Origin: Clostridia bacterium
GTDB taxonomy: Bacteria; Bacillota; Clostridia; TANB77; CAG-465
Reading direction: 5' to 3'
DNA: 64,000 nt
Assembly (NCBI GenBank): GCA_045652705.1
Contig: JAZRUV010000001.1
Coordinates: forward strand, 12,268-76,267
The position numbers and the translations under genes were made by a program. The notes under the pieces were generated by a model. It saw only the letters and a list, made by a program, of their open reading frames with translations. It was not told the origin of the DNA and ran no database searches. Of the stretch, positions 1-7,326 are shown in pieces; positions within the stretch are counted from its first letter, which is position 1; each line of letters opens with the position of its first letter.

Positions 1-184
1 TAAAATTCACACAGAATATCTTTTAAAAGTAAAAGAAAAACTAAACAAAATCCTAAGTGAAAACACAGGAAAACCATTAGAACAAGTTGAAAAAGATACA
101 GATAGAGATAACTTCTTATCTAGTGCAGAAGCTAAAGAATACGGCTTAATAGACGAAGTTATGAATAGTATAAACGAGTTATAA
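1..184 (+). CDS. clpP: ClpP protease subunit, C-terminal fragment (5' end outside window)
   Basis: Frame 2 reads ...[37 protein letters not shown], stop TAA 182-184. Typical ClpP C-terminus and clpP-clpX synteny. Confidence 0.85.
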   Translation, partial: KIHTEYLLKVKEKLNKILSENTGKPLEQVEKDTDRDNFLSSAEAKEYGLIDEVMNSINEL

Positions 185-194
185 GGAGAGAACC

Positions 195-1499
195 ATGGCT
201 AAAAGAACAACAAATGATGATTATGATATATTTTGTTCGTTTTGTGGCAGATACAAAGATGAGGTCGGCAAATTAATTGCCGGCCCTAATGGCATATTTA
301 TATGTGAAGATTGCATAGATATCTGTAACAAAATAATACTAGAAGACCTTATAGAAGAGGAAGATTTAGAAAACATTCTAATGGAAGAAGAAAATACTAG
401 TAAAAAGAAAGCAAAAGCAAATAAAGAGCTTATAGAAAATACAGAGCTGCCTACTCCAGACCAAATAAGAAAGATATTAGATGAATATGTAATTGGACAA
501 GATGATGCAAAAAGAGTACTTGCAGTTGCAGTATATAACCATTATAAACGTATTAGAAATCTAGACAAGATAGATGATGTGGAGATACAAAAAAGTAACA
601 TTCTTATGATGGGACCTACTGGATGTGGTAAAACTCTTATGGCTCAAACATTAGCTAAAGTATTACGTGTTCCATTTGCTATAGCAGATGCAACAACTCT
701 TACAGAAGCTGGTTACGTAGGTGAAGATGTAGAAAACATACTTTTAAGACTTATTCAAGCTGCAGATTACGATATATCTAAAGCTGAAAAAGGAATTATA
801 TATATAGATGAGTTAGATAAGATTACTAGAAAATCTGAGAATCCATCTATAACAAGAGATGTTAGCGGTGAAGGTGTTCAACAAGCGCTTCTAAAAATAA
901 TAGAAGGAACTGTTGCAAATGTACCTCCACAAGGCGGCAGAAAACATCCTCAACAAGAATATTTAAAGATAGATACAAGTAATATTCTATTTATCTGCGG
1001 TGGAGCTTTTGAAGGCTTAGATAAGATTATAGAAAATAGAATAGGGGAGAAATCCATTGGTTTTGGCGCTAAAATAGAAGAGAAAAAAGATATAGACTAC
1101 AAAACTATATTTAAAAATGTTCTTCCAAATGATATTATTAAATTTGGTCTAATACCAGAGCTTGTAGGGCGTCTTCCAATAATAACAACTTTAGGCCAAT
1201 TAGATGACAAAGCTTTAATAGATATTGTTACAAAGCCTAAAAATGCATTAATTAAGCAATACAAAAAGCTGCTTAAAATGGATAAAGTAGATTTAGAATT
1301 TAAGAAAGATGCTATTGAAGAAATAGTAAAACTTGCATTAGAAAGAAAAACTGGCGCAAGAGGCTTAAGAGCGATTTTAGAAGAAGTAATGTTAAATCCA
1401 ATGTATGAAGTACCTTCTAATAAAAACATTAAGAAATGTATAATAACAAGAGAAGTTGTAACTAAAGAAATTGGACCTATATATGAATATAAAGAATAA
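195..1499 (+). CDS. clpX: ATP-dependent Clp protease ATP-binding subunit ClpX
   Basis: N-terminal zinc-binding CxxC...CxxC (CSFCGR...CEDC), Walker A GPTGCGKT, Walker [18 protein letters not shown] pore loop. SD AAGGAGAG upstream. Confidence 0.97.
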   Translation: MAKRTTNDDYDIFCSFCGRYKDEVGKLIAGPNGIFICEDCIDICNKIILEDLIEEEDLENILMEEENTSKKKAKANKELIENTELPTPDQIRKILDEYVIGQDDAKRVLAVAVYNHYKRIRNLDKIDDVEIQKSNILMMGPTGCGKTLMAQTLAKVLRVPFAIADATTLTEAGYVGEDVENILLRLIQAADYDISKAEKGIIYIDELDKITRKSENPSITRDVSGEGVQQALLKIIEGTVANVPPQGGRKHPQQEYLKIDTSNILFICGGAFEGLDKIIENRIGEKSIGFGAKIEEKKDIDYKTIFKNVLPNDIIKFGLIPELVGRLPIITTLGQLDDKALIDIVTKPKNALIKQYKKLLKMDKVDLEFKKDAIEEIVKLALERKTGARGLRAILEEVMLNPMYEVPSNKNIKKCIITREVVTKEIGPIYEYKE

Positions 1500-1512
1500 G
1501 TTGAAGATATGA

Positions 1513-1540
1513 AAAGGACAGCAAATTAATGCTGTCCTTT
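1513..1540. terminator. Hairpin between the convergent clpX and 1526..2005 genes
   Basis: AAAGGACAGC-8 nt loop-GCTGTCCTTT. Weak T tract, and it overlaps the 3' end of the minus-strand ORF. Confidence 0.5.
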
Positions 1541-2005
1541 GGCCTCTCTTTTTGATTTGAGTTTTTCAAATATCTTGTTTACTATGAATGAGCAGGGGAA
1601 AGTTAACAAGGCTCCAATAGTAACTGATAACACTGCAAGCAAAGCTCCAAGGATTATAGGGGCGTTCTTTTCAGTATATAAACGGGGTCCTTCTAATTGA
1701 ATATGTGTAAACTCTTTATCGTGTGTAAAATATAATGCAAAAGTACACGTTCCTTTAGTTAACCTGACAACAATGGCTTTGTCTTTAGGGGCTATTGAAT
1801 AGTTGTCTTGCAAATATACATTTTCAAAATCTTGTTGGATAATTTCTGCTTGTTCATATAGCGCTTGAGAATCAGTTTCATATTTATTTAAGTTCCTTAC
1901 TATTATCAAGTCTGTTGTTACAGCAAACAAAATAATAGCAATCAGTGCCCAAATAAAATAGGGATTACTTATAACTTTAAGAACAGATTTGCAAAGTTTT
2001 TTCAT
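1526..2005 (-). CDS. Hypothetical membrane protein (N- and C-terminal TM helices)
   Basis: 159-aa ORF with hydrophobic segments at both ends, SD GGAGAG upstream, visibly GC-richer than the neighbours. No recognisable family. Confidence 0.55.
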   Translation of the reverse strand: MKKLCKSVLKVISNPYFIWALIAIILFAVTTDLIIVRNLNKYETDSQALYEQAEIIQQDFENVYLQDNYSIAPKDKAIVVRLTKGTCTFALYFTHDKEFTHIQLEGPRLYTEKNAPIILGALLAVLSVTIGALLTFPCSFIVNKIFEKLKSKREAKGQH

Positions 2006-2025
2006 AATTACTCTCCTTTAAAAAT

Positions 2026-2397
2026 TTATTTATTATTTGAGATGTGCAAGTGAATTATCTTAGCAAGATTATGAGTTTGAAACGCTAAAAAATTAAGCTC
2101 GTCTGTAATAACTGCAAGGGCAACGGGAAAATATTTGTCATCTTTTGAAAGTTCTTCGAGAAAAGAATCGAAATATTGAGTAGCATTTTTATCGTAGATG
2201 GCAGCTTTAACCGCCTCGATAAAAGTCACAACATCAATTTCATCTTGATTGACATTAGGCGTTCGATATTGCTCCTCAATAATTGTTACACCTCGTCCAG
2301 GTGTACAAATAAAAAGCTGATCCAACTTGCCATCTGAAAAACCAAAGTCGTAATTTTGTTTTCGTACTTGATCGTTAAACATAAAATGTTTAATCAT
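2026..2397 (-). CDS. Hypothetical protein
   Basis: 123-aa ORF with SD AGGAGGTG upstream, transcribed divergently from the LexA-box promoter region. No recognisable family. Confidence 0.55.
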   Translation of the reverse strand: MIKHFMFNDQVRKQNYDFGFSDGKLDQLFICTPGRGVTIIEEQYRTPNVNQDEIDVVTFIEAVKAAIYDKNATQYFDSFLEELSKDDKYFPVALAVITDELNFLAFQTHNLAKIIHLHISNNK

Positions 2398-2508
2398 AAA
2401 AACACCTCCTAAAATTATTTAATAGGTATATTCTAAATTCTTGATAATTATATCACACAATAGGAATAAAAGCAATACAGTAAACATAATACAGTTACAA
2501 ACAAAAAA

Positions 2509-2570
2509 CGAACAAATTTTCGATAAATTTAAAAATTACTATTGACAAACGAACGTATGTGCTATATAAT
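2509..2570 (+). promoter_or_regulatory. Sigma-A type promoter with two LexA (Cheo/SOS) box-like sites
   Basis: TTGACA 2543-2548, 16-nt spacer, TATAAT 2565-2570. CGAACAAATTTTCG at 2509-2522 and CGAACGTATGTGCT at 2550-2563 resemble the Firmicute consensus CGAAC-N4-GTTCG. The second site lies between -35 and -10. Confidence 0.6.
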
Positions 2571-2602
2571 ATTAGCAGAACAGAGGTTCGGGAGGTAATA
2601 TT

Positions 2603-2899
2603 ATGAAAAGATATAGATTAAATATGAAAAGAATAATGACAAACATATGCATAATTTTATTGTTTATTATAGTAATGAATTTCATTTCCAATTTCACTTT
2701 TGGAAACAAACATATAGATACTAAGTCTGTTACTGTTGCAAGTAACGATACTCTTTGGAAGATAGCTGAAGATGTTTGTAATAACTCTTCTGAAGATTTA
2801 AATGTACAAAATATAGTTATTGAGATAAAGAATATAAATAACTTAAAAAGTAGCAACATTTATTCTGGGCAAGTATTAGAAATACCTATATATAATTAG
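2603..2899 (+). CDS. yneA: YneA-like SOS cell-division inhibitor (N-terminal TM helix + LysM domain)
   Basis: 98 aa with a TM segment (ICIILLFIIVMNFI) and a LysM motif (VTVASNDTLWKIAEDV...GQVLEIP). Same size and architecture as B. subtilis YneA. LexA-box promoter upstream, SD GGGAGG. Confidence 0.6.
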   Translation: MKRYRLNMKRIMTNICIILLFIIVMNFISNFTFGNKHIDTKSVTVASNDTLWKIAEDVCNNSSEDLNVQNIVIEIKNINNLKSSNIYSGQVLEIPIYN

Positions 2900-2915
2900 A
2901 AATAATATAAAAGGA

Positions 2916-2940
2916 CACTGCAACAATTTATGTTGCAGTG
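2916..2940. terminator. Bidirectional hairpin terminator
   Basis: CACTGCAACA-ATTTA-TGTTGCAGTG followed by a T-rich tract. Confidence 0.6.
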
Positions 2941-3218
2941 TTGTCTTTCTTAGCATTTTTATTGGACAATATTTTATCCACAATACCAATTAAGAGTACG
3001 CCTAACAGAGAAAGAGAGATTATCCAACCACAGTAGAAAAGTGTCAAAACGAATATCCAACCTACTAATTGTAAATTAGCTGGTATAAGAGGGAGAAGGC
3101 CGCCATTACATAGCAACGTAGTTGTTAATATTGAAATAATAATTGAAACAGTAAATGTAATAACTATTCTTTTATCTGTACAACTAATGTAAATCCGTTC
3201 CTTTTGCATTTTTAACAT
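2928..3218 (-). CDS. Hypothetical small membrane protein
   Basis: 96-aa ORF with 2-3 hydrophobic helices and SD AGGAGATG upstream. Confidence 0.45.
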   Translation of the reverse strand: MLKMQKERIYISCTDKRIVITFTVSIIISILTTTLLCNGGLLPLIPANLQLVGWIFVLTLFYCGWIISLSLLGVLLIGIVDKILSNKNAKKDNTAT

Positions 3219-3298
3219 CTCCTTAAAATTATTTTAGAGTTAATAATAAAACCACAAATATTATAACATAATACTTGTGATTTTTCAAATTATATTAA

Positions 3299-4255
3299 TT
3301 ACATATTATTTAATGGATTGTTATCTATAGCATTTTTAACTTCTTCACTATCTATATGAGTATATATTTGAGTAGTAGCTATAGTTTCGTGTCCTAATAC
3401 TTGTTGTAATGTTCTAATATCTACACCACCATATTTGTGCATTAGAGTAGCTGCAGTATGTCTAAGTTTGTGGGGTGTGTATTTCTTAGGGTCAAGCCCA
3501 GCCTTTACAATATAGTCTTTAACCATTATTTCAACCATTCTAGGACTTATCCTTTTATACTTTCTACTAATGAATAAAGCATGTCTATCTTCGCCTTTAA
3601 CCTTATCTATTGGTCTATCCTTAAGGTAATCTTGAATTGCATCTAAACACGCCTTATTTAAGTGTACAGAGCGTTCTTTGTTACCTTTACCAATGACAGA
3701 TAGGGAATCGCCTTTAATATGCTCCATATTTATATTTACAAGCTCAGAAAGTCTTAACCCACAGTTTAAGAAGATGGTTAAGATTGCATAGTCTCTAGTT
3801 TTAAACTCGCCATCAACAGAGTGGAGTAGGGACTTGGCCTCAGTAAGTTCTAAATATTTTGGTAATCTTTTTTCTAATTTTGGTGATTCTAAACCTACAC
3901 AAGGATTTCTGTCTATTATTTTTGCAACATTACATAAATAATTAAAAAAAGATCTAATTGATGAAATTTTTCTAGCTCTAGAAATTGCTTTAGTATTTTT
4001 ATCATATAAATATTCATATATATCTGAAACTTCAATTGATTTAAAAAAACTTGCATCTAAATCTGTAATATTTATTTCTTTAAAATTTTCAACTTTAATA
4101 TTATATTTATCACGTTTAATAAATTGAAATGCATCACGTAAGTCATAATAATATTCTTTAACAGTTGTTTTAGATCTGTTTTTAGTTATTATTAAGTAAT
4201 TTTTAAGATAATCTTGTAAAATTCTTGGCATATCATCAAATGTCATTTGTTTCAT
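3299..4255 (-). CDS. Tyrosine site-specific recombinase (XerC/XerD/integrase family)
   Basis: C-terminal catalytic signature HKLRHTAAT...LGHETIATTQIYTH, plus an upstream R (GLRLSEL). ATG at 4255 preferred over the TTG at 4267 because GGAGG (4261-4265) precedes it. Confidence 0.9.
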   Translation of the reverse strand: MKQMTFDDMPRILQDYLKNYLIITKNRSKTTVKEYYYDLRDAFQFIKRDKYNIKVENFKEINITDLDASFFKSIEVSDIYEYLYDKNTKAISRARKISSIRSFFNYLCNVAKIIDRNPCVGLESPKLEKRLPKYLELTEAKSLLHSVDGEFKTRDYAILTIFLNCGLRLSELVNINMEHIKGDSLSVIGKGNKERSVHLNKACLDAIQDYLKDRPIDKVKGEDRHALFISRKYKRISPRMVEIMVKDYIVKAGLDPKKYTPHKLRHTAATLMHKYGGVDIRTLQQVLGHETIATTQIYTHIDSEEVKNAIDNNPLNNM

Positions 4256-4271
4256 AAAAACCTCCAAAAAA

Positions 4272-4296
4272 CGACGCTCTAAAATCGATTTTAAGA
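4272..4296. repeat. Left inverted repeat (IR-L) of the candidate invertible segment
   Basis: CGACGCTCTAAAATCGATTTTAAGA is the exact reverse complement of 5077-5101. It contains the internal palindrome TAAAATCGATTTTA. Confidence 0.9.
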
Positions 4297-4701
4297 CGTT
4301 TTTAGAATTGGGGTGGTATCATTTGACGTCTGAAAAAAGCCTTTAAAATCGAATTTGAGGAAAAGGGCTAAAATTAGTTAAATTTTATAAATTGTATATA
4401 AAAGTATATACTAAATATAAAATATATAGTAAAATAATATAGTAATGAATGACAACTTATAATAAGTAGAGTGAAATAGAAAGTTAAATAAATATATTTA
4501 TATAAATAAGAATATATATAAGGTGTCAGACAGCATATAAGCTATGTATACTAATATTATAATAGAAGTGGGCTAAATAATCAATAGCTCCTTCTCCAAA
4601 ATACACAAAATATTTATTTTGCGAAATAAGGCAAAACAAAATAAACGGTCTTTGACCTTCTATGCCTTGCCCTATCTCACTTATATGGATTTCACTATTT
4701 T

Positions 4702-5025
4702 TTACTTTTTGTAAATTTTATATTCTTTCCAATTATAAAAATTATTTTTACAATCCGCTGTTATCTTATTTATAGATAAACTCAAATCAAAAATATCTTC
4801 TTCAAAATTATTTTTATCAAAAAACAATTCAACTGGTATTTCTTCCATCTTCTTATAATATAAAGATCTTCTTGTAAATGCTAATGAATTAATTATAAGA
4901 CTTGCGTATCTTCTATTCAACTTTAAGTACACATACTTGTTGTTCTTAAGTTTCAATTTTTGCTTCATTTGTTTTTCTATTATATTGTTTTTCATTCGAT
5001 TTCTGATGATATACGGTACAAACAT
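4702..5025 (-). CDS. Hypothetical basic protein carried inside the IR-bounded segment
   Basis: 107-aa K/N-rich ORF with a good SD (AAAGGAGAG, 7 nt before the ATG) next to the inner repeat motif. No family recognised. Confidence 0.5.
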   Translation of the reverse strand: MFVPYIIRNRMKNNIIEKQMKQKLKLKNNKYVYLKLNRRYASLIINSLAFTRRSLYYKKMEEIPVELFFDKNNFEEDIFDLSLSINKITADCKNNFYNWKEYKIYKK

Positions 5026-5076
5026 TAAATCACTCTCCTTTCAGACGTAAACTTTATCACCTTGAAAATTTTAACC

Positions 5077-5101
5077 TCTTAAAATCGATTTTAGAGCGTC
5101 G
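5077..5101. repeat. Right inverted repeat (IR-R) of the candidate invertible segment
   Basis: TCTTAAAATCGATTTTAGAGCGTCG is the exact reverse complement of 4272-4296. Confidence 0.9.
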
Positions 5102-5208
5102 GTTTTTGTTCATATTTGTATAAAATAAATCAAACCCCTACTATATGTAGAGGTTGATTATAAGAGGTTATATATGAAAACTAAAGTTTTCTTTAGTCAG
5201 CATTCAAT

Positions 5209-5781
5209 TTAATATTTCCAGATTCCTAATCCGTCATGTCTTGCTTTAATTTGAGCCGCTACTAATAAGTCTAATTTATCTATGTTTTGTCTTTCTGGTC
5301 TTAATTCAGCAAGTCCTTTTGCAAGTAATGTTTCATTGTATAATGTGCCATCAACATATATATAACCATAAACTTTACCATTTTCAGTTTTTACATTGTC
5401 ATAGTCTACAGTTACTGTCTTACCTTTTAAGTCATTTGCAATAGTTTTAGGTAATTCTGTATTTTTATCATTTTGCATTATACCTATAAGATTAATGTCA
5501 TATGTGTTATTATTTGAATTAACTGTTACAGTTAAACCGTTTGTTTTAGTTACTGTACCTGTTATAGCCTCTGCTGTATATGCATATGCGTTAGTGTCTA
5601 CAACTGGATTTACAACTTCTTGTGACGGTTTGTCCGGGTTTTCTGCAACTACGTTACTATTATTCATAGAATTAAATCCTATAACTACACCTGTAACTAT
5701 TAAAGCTAAAGCTGCAACTATAACTAATGCCACGGGACCATATTGTTTTATGTAAAAACTACGTTTATTCTCATAATACAT
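5209..5781 (-). CDS. Membrane-anchored thermonuclease (SNase)-like OB-fold protein, probably catalytically degenerate
   Basis: N-terminal TM helix. The C-terminal region aligns by eye to staphylococcal nuclease (GKVYGYIYVDGTLYNETLLAKGLAEL...GLGIWKY), but the D-T-P-E and Arg positions are replaced (INLIGIMQND, GKVYG). Confidence 0.6.
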   Translation of the reverse strand: MYYENKRSFYIKQYGPVALVIVAALALIVTGVVIGFNSMNNSNVVAENPDKPSQEVVNPVVDTNAYAYTAEAITGTVTKTNGLTVTVNSNNNTYDINLIGIMQNDKNTELPKTIANDLKGKTVTVDYDNVKTENGKVYGYIYVDGTLYNETLLAKGLAELRPERQNIDKLDLLVAAQIKARHDGLGIWKY

Positions 5782-5941
5782 AAGCTATCAACCTCCTTAT
5801 ATAAATAATGCAAAAACACATTATCTATATACTATAATACCATACTTTTTATGTAAAGTCAATATTATGTTATCAAATAGGCCGAAAAAAGTCTTTTTAT
5901 ATGTATTTTAAGTATAAACGTAGTGTAAATTAGTTTACAAT

Positions 5942-6664
5942 TTATATATCTGCATTATGCCAAACGTTTTGAACGTCGTCATTTGCTTCCATTTTGTCTA
6001 TAAAATTCTCAAGTTTTGTTGCTTCTTCTTCAGATAATTCTTTCTTTATTGTTGGAACCATTTTAATTTCTGCTTCAATTGCTGTATATCCTTTAGTTTC
6101 AAGGTATTCGCTTATTTTAGCAAAGCTTGTTGGTTCAGCTATAATTTCAATGCATTCTTCATCAGATACCATATCTTCAGCACCCAAATCTAGTACTTCC
6201 ATCATAAGTTCATCTTCATCAATATTTGCTGACTTTTCTAATACGAACACTGCTTTTTTGTTGAACATATATCCAACAGAACCTGTTTGTCCCATGCTTC
6301 CGCCGCTTCTATCAAAGATACATCTAATATCTGCAGCCGCTCTATTCTTGTTATCTGTCATTGCTTCAACTATAACAGCAACACCGCAAGGACCAAAACC
6401 TTCATATGTTATTTCTTCATAGTTTGCGTTACTACCTTCTCCTGATGCTTTTTGAATACATCTATTTATATTATCATTTGGCATGTTGTTAGCTTTTGCT
6501 TTAGCTATAACATCTCTTAATTTTGCGTTATTTGCAGGATCAGGTCCACCTTGTTTAACTGCAACAGTCAATTCCTTCCCTATTTTTGAATATATTTGGG
6601 CTTTCTTTCCATCTACTGCTTCTTTTCTTCTTTTTATATTTGCCCATTTGCTATGTCCTGACAT
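5942..6664 (-). CDS. yebC: YebC/PmpR family DNA-binding transcriptional regulator
   Basis: Starts MSGHSKWANIKRRK; 240 aa with typical family length and motifs. Confidence 0.93.
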   Translation of the reverse strand: MSGHSKWANIKRRKEAVDGKKAQIYSKIGKELTVAVKQGGPDPANNAKLRDVIAKAKANNMPNDNINRCIQKASGEGSNANYEEITYEGFGPCGVAVIVEAMTDNKNRAAADIRCIFDRSGGSMGQTGSVGYMFNKKAVFVLEKSANIDEDELMMEVLDLGAEDMVSDEECIEIIAEPTSFAKISEYLETKGYTAIEAEIKMVPTIKKELSEEEATKLENFIDKMEANDDVQNVWHNADI

Positions 6665-6812
6665 AATTTCACACTCCTTTTAATTTTACCTTAATTATTT
6701 TACCATAATTTTATTCATTTGTGTAGCCCTATTTAATAAATTATAGCTAATATTAGATTATATCATAAGAGTAGGGAGTTAAAATTAATAGTGATTTTAT
6801 AGTATTGAAAAA

Positions 6813-6838
6813 ATGCGTGCAAATGCACGCATTTTTTT
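6813..6838. terminator. Bidirectional rho-independent terminator
   Basis: ATGCGTGC-AAAT-GCACGCAT flanked by an A run and a T run. Confidence 0.75.
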
Positions 6839-6848
6839 CATCTTAATC

Positions 6849-7190
6849 TTAACAGATGGGGCGAAAATTTCCAGTAACTTCGAAAAGCTTGGGGAAAGCA
6901 TTACGGAGAGCTTCCAAACTTGCAAACTTTCCGCCATCATCATTCAAATTTCGCATAATGTTGCCCTTATCATCAGCGGGATGAAAATCAGCTGTTACGC
7001 CATATGTTTTGGCAAGATGTTTCCACGTTACACCGATACCTTCAAAAGTATGGCCTTCAGGAACATCTACGGCAAGAACGTTCTCGTGCACGATCCAAAG
7101 GTAAAGATTTTTGGACATGCCTTCAGACTTGAGGATAGCTTCTTCTAAGGTCATTTTTTGTTCTTCTGCAAAGATGTTTTTCAAAACCAT
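6849..7190 (-). CDS. Hypothetical protein (GC-rich single-gene insert)
   Basis: 113-aa ORF with SD AAGGAGTG. Local G+C is clearly above the flanks (about 45% in a hand-counted 60-nt stretch). The opposite-strand ORF 6813..7148 starts inside the terminator hairpin and was rejected. Confidence 0.5.
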   Translation of the reverse strand: MVLKNIFAEEQKMTLEEAILKSEGMSKNLYLWIVHENVLAVDVPEGHTFEGIGVTWKHLAKTYGVTADFHPADDKGNIMRNLNDDGGKFASLEALRNAFPKLFEVTGNFRPIC

Positions 7191-7326
7191 GTCACTCCTT
7201 ATATAAAATTATTTATTTAATTTGCTTTAGTGAACGTATATATTATACCACAATTAACATAAAATTACAAGTATTAGTGCATAATTAAAGACAGACATAT
7301 GCCGTCTGCCTTATTTTGTATATATT

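Larger units (their letters stand above)
4272..5101. other. Candidate recombinase-invertible DNA segment (about 830 bp)
   Basis: Perfect 25-bp IRs at both ends with imperfect inward extension to ACGTCTGA (4326-4333) / TCAGACGT (5041-5048). The tyrosine recombinase gene starts 16 nt outside IR-L. Confidence 0.55.

Noticed and set aside
1097-1429. Antisense ORFs nested in strong genes. Examples: 1097..1429, 5495..5755, 5994..6422, 7316..7726, 8921..9418, 25263..25664, 25932..26438, 40281..40703, 56675..57010, 58419..58805, 59212..59550, 60984..61313, 62840..63130
   Set aside because: Each lies wholly inside a well-supported gene on the opposite strand. They lack an SD and have the Ser/Leu/Ile/Phe-rich composition typical of antisense frames in AT-rich DNA.
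1526-5101. Integrated prophage or ICE delimited by the recombinase
   Set aside because: No phage structural, replication or conjugation genes are present. The repeats beside the recombinase are inverted and only 830 bp apart, which fits inversion rather than att sites of a large element.
6813-7148. 111-aa plus-strand ORF overlapping 6849..7190
   Set aside because: It starts inside the terminator hairpin and has no SD. The minus-strand ORF has an SD and a sensible stop just before the terminator.
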